The notes under the pieces: generated by a model
Databases searched by the model: none
Told to the model about the DNA's origin: nothing
The model's input: only the letters and a program-made list of their open reading frames with translations
Position numbers and translations under genes: made by a program
In this document: positions 33,321 through 45,572 of the stretch, piece by piece
How positions within the stretch are numbered: position 1 is the stretch's first letter
How the letters are laid out: every line of letters begins with the position of its first letter
Assembly (NCBI RefSeq): GCF_000315625.1
Contig: NW_005434620.1
Span: 431,156 to 486,162, forward strand
Direction of reading: 5' to 3'
DNA from: Guillardia theta CCMP2712
Taxonomy: Eukaryota; Protista; Cryptophyta
DNA: 55,007 nucleotides

Positions 33321-34751
33321 ATGGCGGGAATGTCTGCGAATGCAATCATATCGAAGAGCGGGAGGGTAAGTGAGGAGAGGAGAGGAGAGGAGAGGAGAGG
33401 AGAGGAGAGGAGAGGAGAGGAGAGGAGAGGAGAGGAGAGGAGAGGAGAGGAGGGCAGGTTAAGGCACAGAGATGAGAGCAGAAGAGCGGCAAGTATCAGG
33501 AGATATATGAAATTATCACAATAGGATATTTCAGATCTTTGCATCATGTTGTTCATTGTGAGGGGGACCTTAGTTCACTTGATCTCTTAAAGGTGTATCC
33601 TCCTTTATCAAGACCATCGACTGCTTCGAACGCAAACGTGTGGCGTCCAAGTACTTCAGCGACAGGAAGGTCGTCACTCAGTGAATATGATTGGCAGTCT
33701 ACGATACCCCGGAACACCAGGTAATATTGTCGTCATGCGGTTGCTCCCCTGATTGCCCTGCAGATATAGCGACGTGAAAGCGAAAGTACAAAGCGGGAAG
33801 ACCAACAAATCGGTCGAAGAAAGTTTTGGCTTGGTGTCAGCAAGGTACAAAAGAAGAGAGCCTTTCAAACGTGTCAAGGTACAGAGATGCCTTGAAGCTT
33901 CTGAACCAGTGACAGTCTTGTAGGCATCGAAGCTGGTAGAGCAGATAACGTTGGGCTCCATGGACGATGTTTTGATTCTGGACCTGAGGAGTCAGGAAGA
34001 GTTCGATTCCTTTCGTATCAAGGTTTGCTATGCGTGGAAGTGAATGACTGTCTGACACTGAACTAGGGAGCTCGATCGTTTCCAGCGTCGATGATGTCGA
34101 GGAGTATGTATCAGTTTACGCCAGAAATCATGCAGTTCAAGAATAAGGTTAAGAGCAGCGTGGACGGTTGTTTCCGTCTGACGATTGTTCAGGACGGAAA
34201 GCTCATGGTTCTGTATGACCTTGAGGAAAGAATTTCTGTAGCGATAGGAAACCTGTGGTACGAGAAAGGAATCGACAACTTCGTCATCTTGACTGGTACC
34301 GATCATCGCAACGATGGTCAAGACATGTTCTGAGCCGCAACAGGGGGGATTGCCGCTATTGTGGAATCGGATCCATCAGTGATTGAGGGAGATGTGCCTC
34401 AAGAACTCTTGAACAAGTTGCGCAAGGGCAAGACAGAAAGATCAGACAGGTCTGCCACATTGAATAACCTGGAGCAGCAGTGATGGTAAGTTCAAATGTG
34501 CAGGTCGAGAAAATCTCCTCAGAAGCCCTTCATCTCGAAATCTGCTGCTGGTGCTGCCAGCGCCGTGTTCGCTCCTGCCTTATCCGTCCCAAGGCCCGTA
34601 GGGTAAGGAGTGATCGAGAGCTTTCGATCTTGTCTCACTCGTAACTCTTGGTAGGTGGTCAGCCTTGAGGCAGCCCAGCACAATATATCAAGATTCGTTC
34701 TCAGCTTCCTACGAACAACCCCTTCCTCACTCTTACAGCGACATGCGCTGA
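33321..34751 (+). CDS. CEP41: Centrosomal protein CEP41-like (rhodanese-like domain)
   Basis: Spliced sequence IPRNTRYSDVKAKVQSGKT...LILDLRSQEEFDSFRIK|GARSFPASMMSRSMYQFTPEIMQFKNK|DGKLMVLYDLEERISVAIGNLWYEKGIDNFVILT|GGI matches CEP41 hallmarks (IPxNxRY; LLDVR...YxNxxGKIIILYDxDER...GFxNLFMLSGG). Confidence 0.88.
33373..33452. repeat. (AGAGG)n repeat in CEP41 intron 1
   Basis: Begins immediately after the GTAAGT donor. Confidence 0.95.
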
Positions 34752-34829
34752 AATCCGTCAAAAACCTTTAATCTCAATCACCTCTAATTGTAACATTTAA
34801 ATGTGTCAACTGATCAGTTTTCAAACGCA

Positions 34830-37800
34830 TACGATAATGCTTCATGGCACAACCTTGCACAACGAATCGTCTCCTGTGTTGCTCTCTTCCCCCCTTTCTT
34901 CGGGTTGACCTGCAGCAGCAGCTCAGACTTAAGGTTTCGTCTCAGCCAAGTCAACCGGCAGGTCACATACATCTTCGATTATCCTGAGACCTGTCAGGCT
35001 GTCAGTCATCCAGTCAGCAAGTGACAGAAGCTCTCACCAGCTCTGCCCATGGCGATGGCCACCTGTCTCACTGTTGATCTTCCGATGGAGAACAACCCTC
35101 CAGGGTTGATGAAAGCAGAAGCAGAAACCTAATCGCACGTCATGCAACGCAGAGCAAGCAAAGGAAGTCAGACAGCTTGAATGGCGGCCTCGTATGTGAA
35201 CGCGATCTGGTTGGCAGGTGTCAGGAGAGCAACAGCAGAGAAACAAGTGACACCTCCTCCCAGAGGTCTTCTTCTCCTGCTTGGCTGCTCAATCACATCA
35301 GATGTTAAGCGAGGACATGCGAGGGGATGTACATCTTCGCTGCGTTCGGCTTGATGTCCCTGATCAAAACCAGAAGCTTCCCGATGCCTCCGCATCCTGC
35401 AGGTCACAGGGGTGAGAGACAGCATCTCGCCATCCTGCTGGCTCACGTCGTACAAGCTCGTCCTCCTCGTCCTCCTTCCCCTTGTACCTCAACAACCTCT
35501 TGATGTTGGCTGGGTTGTCCGCCAACACGCTACACAGAGACAGACACGCTGCCTGCTGCACCGCCAGCGGCAGCTTCGGGTCCACGAGGTTCGTCAGAGC
35601 CTCCACCCCCCCACATGCCGAGATCTTGTCCTGATTCTCACGGTACGAGGCCGCGAGGTTGCCCAACGCGTATGCAGCCGCTTGTGTCGATCCCCCGTCG
35701 TCGTCCTGAGGTCTCAGCAGCTGCTTGACGAGGCCCTCCATTCCTCCAAAGGTCTTCCCGAAGGCCTCTGCGTTCTTGGCGTGATCCCTGACGGCAAACG
35801 CGATCGCCCAAGACATCTCCTCCCGACACTCAGCATCGAACACGTGCCTGTTCCTCAACTTGACTTCCATCTCAATCATCGAGTTGCGCCCCGAGTGCCC
35901 CACGACAGGCTTCTTGACCTTCTCCACACGTTCCCCAGCTCGCGCCCTCCGGACAAGGTCGTCATCAGTGTAGATCCCCATCTTCTGCCTTCCCAGACAT
36001 CCGTCCATCCAGTCCTCGAAGAGGATGGTCAGGCCGCCGATGAAGTCATGCTCCCCGACCTGATCCCAGTCGTACATGTCGACCTTGATCTCAGCTGATC
36101 TTGACGAGAACTCGCGAGGGTGGGGAGGCTGGAAGAAGGGCAGCCGGAGCACGCAGTCCCATGTCGGGTCAAGAGTTTGTTTCAAGATTTCCGTCTTGAC
36201 GCTCAGCTCATCGAAGCTGATCACGACGTAGGGGTCGCAGAGGCCGAAGTAGTCCATCCTGGGGAGGTCAGACGCCCCGAACACTTTGAACTCGAGCTCT
36301 CCGGCCCTGAGCACATCAGCCATCGTCTGCCATCCATCCAGGATCGCCAGCGCCTCCTTCTCGAAGTTGTCGTCGTCATCCTGCAGGATTTGCCAGAGGG
36401 CAGAGCAACAGTTCAGCACTGTCGGCTGATGATCGCACGCCAAGCCTGAAGCACGTGTGAGCAAACGACAGTCCGACACTGGCGATCAACAACCGGCAAA
36501 GATGATTTCAAGCTTTGAGCAGGTGGCTTTCAGGTCTTCGCTGGCCGACACGGATGTCTCTATGGTAATGGATGCCCTAGCAACCGCTGATAAGAAGAGA
36601 AGAAGAGAAGAAGAGAAGAAGAGAAGAAGTGAAGAAGTGAAGAAGTGAAGAAGAGAAGAAGTGAAGAAGAGAAGAGAAGAAGAGAAGAAGAGAAGAAGAG
36701 AAGAAGAGAAGAAGAGAAGAAGAGATCTTCTGATACTCGCCTCTTGTTGTTCTCGTCAAGTACAAAGGAGTTGTCTACTGTGCTCCTCAATAAGAGTTTC
36801 TTCTCTTGGTTGTGATGCGCAATATCCGACACGCGGAGTCTGCAATGCCCGATGCACTCATCTTTAGCTTCATCATCATGATCGAACAACGATATCAAAA
36901 TTTCCGAGTGCAGGTCTCCTACCATCTGAAACTGCTCGTTCCATGAAGGGCTGCAATCAAGTGCAAAGTCAGGACTTGCACACGCAGCACAACAAGTATG
37001 ATCACTTTCTCGAACGAGCGCAAGTCTTGCTCTTCAGCTTGAGGTCCTGCACTGAGAACGTACAGTACGTGTTGATGTCCTCGCTGTCATCTTTCTGCAA
37101 ATGCGGTAGGTTTTCGGCTGAGACTAACTTCAAGTTAATCAGGTTGAACTCGACGACGTCCTTTGAAAACTGATGTTTGATATTGAACGGACTCCCTCGA
37201 ACATATGAAACAACACAGCGGATCCTCGAGGTGCTGCTGTACTTACCGATCAACTCCTCCTTGCTCTCGGCATTGCAAATCGGAAACCAGCGATCTATGA
37301 CGGTCGTAGTTTGATTTGTTTTCAGCCCCTCGTCAATCACAGTCTGCAAACAAATTTCTACAACCCCGATCACGTTGGGACCAAACCCGGACGTCTCGTC
37401 GTCGCAGATAGAGACCAGGAGCTTGTCGTCGTCTTGGACGTCAGAGAGAACAATCTCCTCGTTCCACATCGGGTTCAACGTGCTCTTGATGGTTCTGGTG
37501 AGCTTCGGCTGGATTTCCTTCCCAACAATCTCAGCTTGAGCGAAGGGATCGGCCGAGCCAAATCTGTCCATCTCAGGCAAGTCGTTAGCTTCGATGATCT
37601 TTACAATCACTTGATTCTTGCTAGATTCTTTTATCACAGATTGAAAGAGATTCTCACACATGCGATTGAAAACGTCAATTTCAACCCAATCCTGAGCAGC
37701 ATTCTCTGAATCTCCTTGGTTTGCTGCATCATACATCTCAGAAATCTCAGCTTTGTTTACAAAGATCCCAAGTTTCCTCAAAGCCCTCATGGCCCCTTGT

Positions 37801-38837
37801 ATATCGCATTCTCCATTGACCTTAACGTAATCATCGTACACCTTAGTGAACTTGTGCCATCTCTCCTTCTCGTCGCTTTCTATGAGCAGCTCGAAGAAAG
37901 TTGCTCTTACCCTCTGCAGAGATGGCCGACACTTGAGCGCGATCAACGAGTCCTTCCGCTCCACCGACACGTTTTCACCAGTTTCCAGACGCCGGAAGCC
38001 GAGGCGAATGTTTGCCCACGAGGAGATGGACGAGATGTTTCTCAGGAATGCTTTGACAGTCTCCTCTAGCCGAGACTTCTTGAGCGAGCGGCTTGACATG
38101 GCATGATGAAACGCAAGTCTTTCCGATCGGAACCCATTCGTCTCATGCTGCACCTGACATCTGTGTACGGTTTGAAAGAAGTCTGTCCTGCTTCTGATCG
38201 CCTTGACAGTCTCTTCAAGTGATCTCCCCGGCCTGCTGGTTGCTGACACCCAATTTATAATGTTCTCTGGTCTCGACGCATCCAGTCGCTCTTGATCTTC
38301 AGGGATGCTCTTCCACACAGCATGTCCCTCCCCATCCAGCACGAGCCTCCTCACTGTGCCCTTGGGATGGTTGTGGAGGACACGGAACAAACCATCCTCA
38401 TCCTCGTAGACTGTCTCTTCCTCCCCGTCATCGGTGTCGACGGAGCCACCGGAAGAATGATGATCGTCCTCGGACCAGAGCTCGACCTCGTCCTCTACCT
38501 CTCGTGTCAGATCCTCGACCTCCTCAGGCGTCAGCGTCACCCCGACATCTCTGAGTGCTCGCTCGATCTCCTCAGAGCTCAGCCACCCATCGCCATCCCC
38601 ATCGTACATCCTCCAGATGCTCTCCGTCCGGATGGCGAAACCTGACGCGCATGGCGGGCCAAGGATGCTTTCCTGAATCCCTTCAGCCTCCTTGGGCAGC
38701 TTGACTCTGATCCCTGCCAGCAGATTCTTGTGGGAAACTGACGAGGCGCCGCTGCCATGCGACTTGTTCGAGCCCTCATTGCTCCCCTGAGACGCTAGCA
38801 GCGCTCTGCTCTCACTCAATTCTTCTCGAGTTTGCAT
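34830..38837 (-). CDS. EF-hand + three C2 domains + armadillo-repeat protein (termini approximate)
   Basis: EF-hand YDGDGDGWLSSEE; C2 motifs VKIIEANDLPEMDRFGSADPF...TLNPMWNE, LKLVSAENLP...QPSWNEQF...FDHDDEAKDECIG, GASDLPRMDYFGLCDPYV...YDWDQVGEHDFIG; ARM motif AAYALGNLAASYRENQDKISACGGVEALTNL. Confidence 0.85.
36592..36724. repeat. Purine-rich AAGAGAAG-type tandem repeat, intronic
   Basis: Imperfect aagagaagaag units. Confidence 0.9.
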
Positions 38838-39309
38838 GTCACTGCCATCAGGTCGGAAACAGAGCAAAAACGCACTGTCTCGTTTGAGTAGACTTCATTG
38901 CGCTTCTTTGCTTGCATGAAATCTGTCTGGAAAAAGGTAGAAAGTCAACAAAGTTGAGACATGCGGAGCAAAGCAACACGAAAAGCGATTCTAAGTGCAT
39001 TGGGAGTCAACTGATACAAAAGAAAACAAATCATTCCAACATGCCTTGATCGATGGGCATAGCAGGGAGGAGGAGTGGAGGACAGGAAACTTGAACTGAG
39101 GAGGATATGATAGAAGGAGAAGAGGAGTTAGGTACATTGAAGAGCGTCAGTACCAGTTTTAGTAGCCATTGCCGCTCTCAGGGGATATGACTGCTGATCT
39201 GATTGCATTGCCGTCTAGAGAAGGCCCGCCCGAGGAATTTTTCTAGCCCGCCTCGGCGATCGAGCTAGCAGAAGGGGAAGACAGAAATTGGAGCTACTTG
39301 AAGAATTCC

Positions 39310-39900
39310 CGACTAGGGGTACTCAGTGGGGAAAGAGGTGGTAGGGGGTAGTATCCGGTAGCTCCCTCGTGATCCTTTAAATGAAACGTTGTATTAATGA
39401 AACGTTTGGCTGAAGATACAGTTATACCCCGTCAGTTAAGAGGGTGAAACCCACGGACCCTCGGCTGACACACACACGGGTCCTGAACCCATTATACAGC
39501 AGGGGTGCTTCATCTAAACAGATGGTATAGTCCCTAGGGTAGGGGTGGGTAGGTACATTTCGACGTGGGGTGGGTTCCTGTCTTGTGAACGTGTAAACTA
39601 AAGTCAGCAAATGTTGGTTGTAGGTAGGGTGGGTGGTCATCTTGCAAGACAGGGGGGTGGCGAGGGGTGGTGCTGTGTAGTCTGGCCACTTTGGGTCGCA
39701 CCGTTCGTTTCTCTGCGACTCACAGAGATCGGTAGGGGGGTGGGTCAAATACAAAAATATTTTTGAATCTTATCGAAAAACTTGAAAATGTAACGACATA
39801 TTATAATTTTACTACACATTATTTGGATCTAGCTCCTTTTCAGAACGGGGTGGGGTCATTCTTGGAGGGTGGAGGGTGGGTAGCATGATTCCTTGGGGTC
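39310..39900. promoter_or_regulatory. Divergent-promoter GGGT(A/G) motif island
   Basis: tagggggtag, gggtaggggtgggtagg, tagggtgggtgg and ggtaggggggtgggtc between the head-to-head C2 and histidine kinase genes. Confidence 0.5.
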
Positions 39901-40128
39901 AAAACTCAGACTAAGACTTGGGCAGCAATGGCAGCTAGGTAGCATCAGAAGAAGTCGAGCGAGAGCATGGCAGCGTGAAGATGAGCAGAGATATGAACAA
40001 AGATGTGGGCAGAAGAGTATCGACCGCTGGAGAAGAAAGCAAAGCATGTATCCATGGTCTGGGGAACACCGGGGGTAATGAAAGAGTGTGAGATATTTGC
40101 GATATGGCGCTGCTCAGATGCAGAGACA

Positions 40129-43100
40129 ATGGCCATCGAAGCGAACGTAGTCTTTGATGATGTTCAGAAGGTACTTGAAGAAGAGAACGTTGTCTGATTC
40201 AAGATGCCAATGCGATATTGGAGAAGAAGTGGCGCAGGGTGCATCTTGAGAGTGGATATTCATAGCTGCTCTTTGCATTTCTTTGTGATTCTCAATTGTC
40301 CTGATTATCAGATGGGTGATCCACGCGAACTGCTTGCCCAAGCATACTTCGACCATGCTCCAGAAGCTGTTGCGCTAGTTGAAAGCAAAACATGTAAGCT
40401 ACAGTTGCATCATGAGTTGGGGGGGAGGAGATGGGATGACACTTTGTTCCAGGCGCACTCATCAGCTGCAATCGCAAGTTTCAGAATACTGTTGGGCCAT
40501 CCAAGACTCTTTTGGTAAGCTGAAAACTCTTCAACACCTTGGGGTTTGCATTGACGATGATCAAGGGGCTGGACTTCGTGGAAAACTGCATTCAGACCGA
40601 GGAGAGAACGCGCTTCAAGATTGCTCTTGAGAATGTTATCACCAACTTAGTTGGTTGTCGTCATAGAATAACCTCCTGCAGGTCATCCAAGATAAACCAG
40701 TCTCTGACATCTCAGGAGACGCGTCTGATCTCGAAGAGTGGAAGGTGACGCTAAGGAGGGGGCACGCTCTGTTGAAGCCTCATTCGGCTACACAGCAAAC
40801 TCCCACGATCAGGGACTGCTCGACGCTCGTGCTCGGTCGAACGAATGACTTTCCGATCTGGAGAAGGTTCGTGAGGCAAGGAAGCTCCAAGTCTGACACC
40901 CTCTCAAGGTACGACTGGACCCTCTCCAAGTTCGACGACAAGCACGTCATAATGTCGGGTAGGATGTCCATTATGGACCCAGCTTCAGCGAGGTTTGCCC
41001 TGCTCGTGCTCAACCCGTTTGCTGACTCTCTCTTGACTTGTAGCGTGGCGCATGAAAACACCGGGCAGCCCTCTGAGAGAGAGCTGCTGGACTTCTTGAA
41101 CAAGGCTCCTATCGCTATGCACTGGCTGAGTGGAACCGGCCACGTGCTCTGGGCCAACGAGACCGAGCTCAACATCCTCGGATACACTGCTGAAGTGAAC
41201 GAGAGCGGTCGGGAATTCTGGAGGGTTGATCTGTTCCACAGGAGTACATCGGACAGCCGATCATGAACTTCTGCCCCGATGAGAAGGAGCTTGTCCTCGA
41301 GATCTTCAAGACTCTCGGATCTGGCAACACGATCAAGGTGGCCATGGGCGTTGTTGGCTTTTCTGCTCTGACTCTGGTCTAGGATGTGCCTGTGCGCTTT
41401 CGTGACAAGAAGGGGAAAATCAGGGTTTGGATGCTTGCATGCTCATGAATTGTTGTGACCCATTTGACAGGATTTGCTTATCGACTCCAATGTCAACTGG
41501 AACCCCGACGGTAGGCAAACTTTGCATTCAAGGATGCTCCCTAGAGATTGATGGGCTGACCGGACCGGCAGGCACGTTCAAGCACACTCGATGCTTCATC
41601 CGCGATGATACTGGAAGAAAGGTTCTTGCTTTTGCCGTTTGCTGCCTTCGTGTAACGCATCTCGGTCAGATCCGTGAGGAGCGATTGAGGGTGACTAGGG
41701 AGAAGGAGCAGCAGCTCGCCAAGTGAGTTGATTCCTCTGTCTTTCTGGTCTCAGGGAGGATCTGCCTCCTTATGTACATGATTATCCGAATGTTCTCATG
41801 TTCGCTCGATGGAACTAAACGACATTAATAGGGCAAAGGACATCTTTGTACGGAAGACCTTCCACGAGATTAGAACACCCTGGTGAGCACACGAGGTCTT
41901 ATCCTGATCAGCACTGACCTTGACGCAGCCACATCCTCTGGAACCACGTTGCCATCCTGGAAGAGCAGATGAAGGAGATGAAACTTGCCACAAGGTCCAC
42001 AAGGCGCTTGCATGCTGTCGCACTCACGGTTTCTCGGCGAGCAGCTTCACTGAGGCGTTCGGCGTTGCGAAGCTGCAGACGAACAGATTGTTGAGAATCG
42101 CCAATGATGCCGCTGACGTCACCATGTTCGAGATGGGCAAGGTGGCCTGAGAAGAGTTCTCGTATCGACGCATGAGACTCTTCTTGTCAGGTACCTGTCC
42201 TCAAGGTGAACCCCTTCAGCATCAAGGAGACCATTGCCGATATCTGCTCTGAGCTTGAAGAGCACGGGCTATCGCAGGTCGAGGACGTCGCAAGTTCTTC
42301 GCGTGCAAGTCTGACACGCAGAGATGTGCAGGACGTCGTGTGCTCCGTCGTGCTGGGTGAGAAGGAAGGAGAAGCGGTCCCCTTCTCGCAAGTTTCCAAG
42401 GCAGCATTCAAGCCAGACAAGATCCCCGACTCAGTGATGGGAGACGCCAGGCATCTGAAGCGGTGACGTCGGCCCTGCCGCAAGGTTCCTCCATGACCCT
42501 TGCTCTAGCGTCCTCCACCACCTCCTCGAGAACTCGATCCGCGTTACCTCCAAGGGCTCCATCAAGCTCACCGTTGGCTTCTGGCCTGCATCGCAGGTGC
42601 ACCGCGTGTCGACCTCTACCAGGTCGACGTCTTACCCCCGGCAGGACATGCCGAACCGCTACTGCTTCACCGTGACCGACACTGGTCCTGGTATCGAGGA
42701 GCTCAAAGTGCAGGAATGCTTCCACAAGGTAGGAGGAGGAGGAGGAGGAGGAGGAGGAGGAGGAGGAGGAGGAGGAGGAGGAGGAGGAGGAGGAGGAGGA
42801 GGAGGAGGAGGAGGAGGAGGAGGAGGAGGAGGAGGAGGAGGAGGAGAGGAGGAGGAGGAGGAGGAGGAGGAGGAGGAGGAGGAGGAACCTACCGAACATA
42901 TTCCTGGTACTTTTCTATCATGCTTGTACCAAATCTCTGAATATCATTCTGTATCCATCATTGTGTACCNNNNNNNNNNNNNNNNNNNNNNNNNNNNNNN
43001 NNNNNNNNNNNNNNNNNNNNNNNNNNNNNNNNNNNNNNNNNNNNNNNNNNNNNNNNNNNNNNNNNNNNNAGGAGGAGGAGGATGTTTCTAATCGCTCCGG

Positions 43101-45534
43101 TGCAGCTTGTCCGTCGGAGACTCTTCCCAATCAGTTCCTTCCTGGACTGACGTGACGGCGAGTGGTGAGGCCATGCGGCACATCGTGGCGGAGGCAAGGG
43201 AGACAGCAGAAGTGAATCTTCCTCCTGCCGTCGGGATCTCCAACGAGCTCAAGAGGTAGAGAGAGAAGGAGAGGAGAGGAGAGAAGAGGAGAGAAAGAGG
43301 AGAGAAAGAGGAGAGAAGAGGAGAGGAGGATGAGGGAAGGGGAGGTGATAGGGGGAGGTTAGGGGGGGTGAGAGCGAGAGGAAGGAACGGGGGGATCGGG
43401 GAGAAGGGGAAGGGAAGGGGGGGAAGAACCTGCTGCTGTACCTTGTTGCCTTGAGGACTTTGTTTTTGATTTTGTTTGCAGGAGGCCGCACGTGCTCATC
43501 GTCGATGACAACAGGTGGTGGAGGAGAGTCTGACGAGGGCGCTCGCTCATGATGCTGGCGCAGCGTCTGCCTCAAAGTGGCAAGAAGGATGTTTGAAGGT
43601 GAGACGGAGGGATGGAGGAGGAGAGGAGCAAGAGGAGGGATGGAGGAGGAGAGGAGCAAGAGGAGGGATGGAGGAGGAGAGGAGCAAGAGGAGGGATGGA
43701 GGAGGAGGTGTGGAAAGGATGGGCGAGTAGAGAAAGGAGCACTCCAGTAGCGAGACCCGGGTTCGAGGTCCTGACAACGGCTTCGCAGACTTGAAGTGCA
43801 CTACGGAAGTCGCTTCCCACGGGCTCCAGGCGTTCATGTTCGTCTGCTCCTCGGCCAGAGACGGTCGATGCTGACGCCTCCTGCCCTCCCCAGGATCGTC
43901 AAGGAGAACCCCAGCTGCTTCGACATGATCCTTATGGATCTTCGTATGCCCGTCATGGATGGTGTTGAGGTGGGGCTGAGCTGAACCCTTGCTGGGATGT
44001 TCATGCTGGTGGGCTCAGGCGACGAGGAAGATCCGGCAGGAGCTGCAGTCTGACATCCCCATCGTTGCCTTCACTGCTGAGGTGCGAAGGGGTGGAGAGG
44101 ATGGAGAAGTTTTAGGCCGGACGAAGCTGCAGGGGGAGGGGAGGGAGGTGGAGGAAGTGGAGGGAAGGAGAGAAGGAGAGTGTGTATCGTAACAGGGGGA
44201 GCAGATGATGGAACAAGAAGTTTTGAACGAGAGCGGCTTCAACAGCATCATCAACAAGCCTGCGACCAAGGGAATCTTGTCGTCACATCTCTTCAACCTC
44301 GTCATCAACAAGGTTGTGCTCCTCCTCTCTTTCCTCGCTCCTCACGCACTCTCAGACGGGTTCCCTACTCACCAGCCTGATGCAAGAGAAGAAGCCGGAG
44401 GAGCCGAAGCAACCTGAAGATAAGGCGTCACGCAAGGTGAGGAGATGGACAGGGAGGGTTCTAGCGACGAGCAGCCATGTTGTAGGACAAGGATGATGTG
44501 GTGATGGGGAGGAAGAAGATGAGACACGCTATCTCTCACAGATTGATCGCTTGTGGCAGGTCAAGTGCCTCATTGTTGAAGACAACACCATCTGCCAGAA
44601 AGTTGCAAAGAAGATGCTGGTGAGAGCTTGCAACCTGCCCTTCCATTCCCTCCTCCTTGGTATTTTCATCCTGTTTTCCTATGCTGAAAGATTGTTTACA
44701 GGAGAAGATGGGATGCGTTTGTGAGTGTGCAGACAACGGAGCGATCGTGAGACCTCTCGTCTTCCCTCCCCTTCTCATTCGTATCTCCGTTCTCTCCTCT
44801 CTCCTCTCCCTCTCTCCCTCCCTCCCTCCCCTCCCTCCCCTCCCTCCCTCCCTCCCTCCCTCCCCTCCCTCCCTCCCTCCCTCCCTCCCTCCCAGTGCCA
44901 TTGAACCGTGATTGCAGGCCATCGACCTTCTCAATGCCGACCCCAAGCGAGCAGACTTCATCTTGATGGACCTTCGCATGCCCGTCATGGACGGGTTTGA
45001 GGTGAGGGAGAGAGGGAGAGAGAGGGAAGAGGAAGAGATAGGGGGGAGGAGGGGGAGGATAAGGGGGAGGGGGAGGGAGGGGCAGAAGGAAGGAGGAAGA
45101 GAGGGAGGGGCAGAAGGAAGGAGTACGAGAGGGAGGGGGAGAGAAAGGGTTTGTGCGCATTTCGTGATCCTGTTCTGGATAGGCGACGCAAAAGATCCGC
45201 AAGGAGCTGAACAGGTCGGAGCTGCCGGTGGTGGCGCTGACGGCTGAGGTGAGATGAGGAAGGAAGAGGAGCGCGAGGAGGATCAAGAGAAGCAGGGGGA
45301 TGAGAAGTGAACGGAGGGAGAGGGAGGAGGAGGACGAGGAGGAGATGGGAGGTAAGGGGAGCATGCATGTGACTTGCTTACAGGTGGTTGATGACTCGCA
45401 AATGGAACTCTTTCACGGTTCGTGCTCTGCTCCTCTCGTGATTCTCACCTGACAATCGAGCAGGCGTTCTCAACAAGCCGGCTGATGTCAAAGTGCTCAA
45501 GGCAGAGATCGCCAAGCACATTCCTTGGTTCTAG
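40129..45534 (+). CDS. Hybrid histidine kinase PAS-PAS-HisKA-HATPase-REC-REC (part lies in an N-gap; start approximate)
   Basis: PAS1 YFDHAPEAVALVE...CNRKF; PAS2 DFLNKAPIAMHWLSGTGHVLWANETELNILGYTAEEYIG...HTRCFIRD; H-box FVRKTFHEIRTP; N-box GDARHLKRVLHHLLENS; G1 VTDTGPGI; two receivers (VLIVDDN...ILMDLRMPVMDG...TAE...KP and CLIVEDN...ILMDLRMPVMDG...TAE...KP); stop TAG 45532-45534. Confidence 0.93.
42731..42885. repeat. (GGA)n microsatellite, intronic
   Basis: Starts directly after the donor (AAG|GTAGGAGGA). Confidence 0.95.
43606..43708. repeat. About 28-31 bp minisatellite (ggagggatggaggaggagaggagcaaga), about 3.5 copies
   Basis: Visible tandem units in a histidine kinase intron. Confidence 0.85.
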
Positions 45535-45572
45535 AGCAGCGAAGAGGAGAATGAGAGTGGGGAGTGAGTAGT

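Noticed and set aside
33373-33452. AG-rich repeats as interstitial telomere or nucleomorph-telomere sequence
   Set aside because: The units (AGAGG, AAGAG, GGA) do not match a telomere unit and behave as ordinary intronic simple repeats.
43606-43708. CRISPR-like periodic repeat (also the 30-bp duplication at 5231-5310)
   Set aside because: Head-to-tail minisatellites without unique spacers, in eukaryotic introns, with no cas genes.
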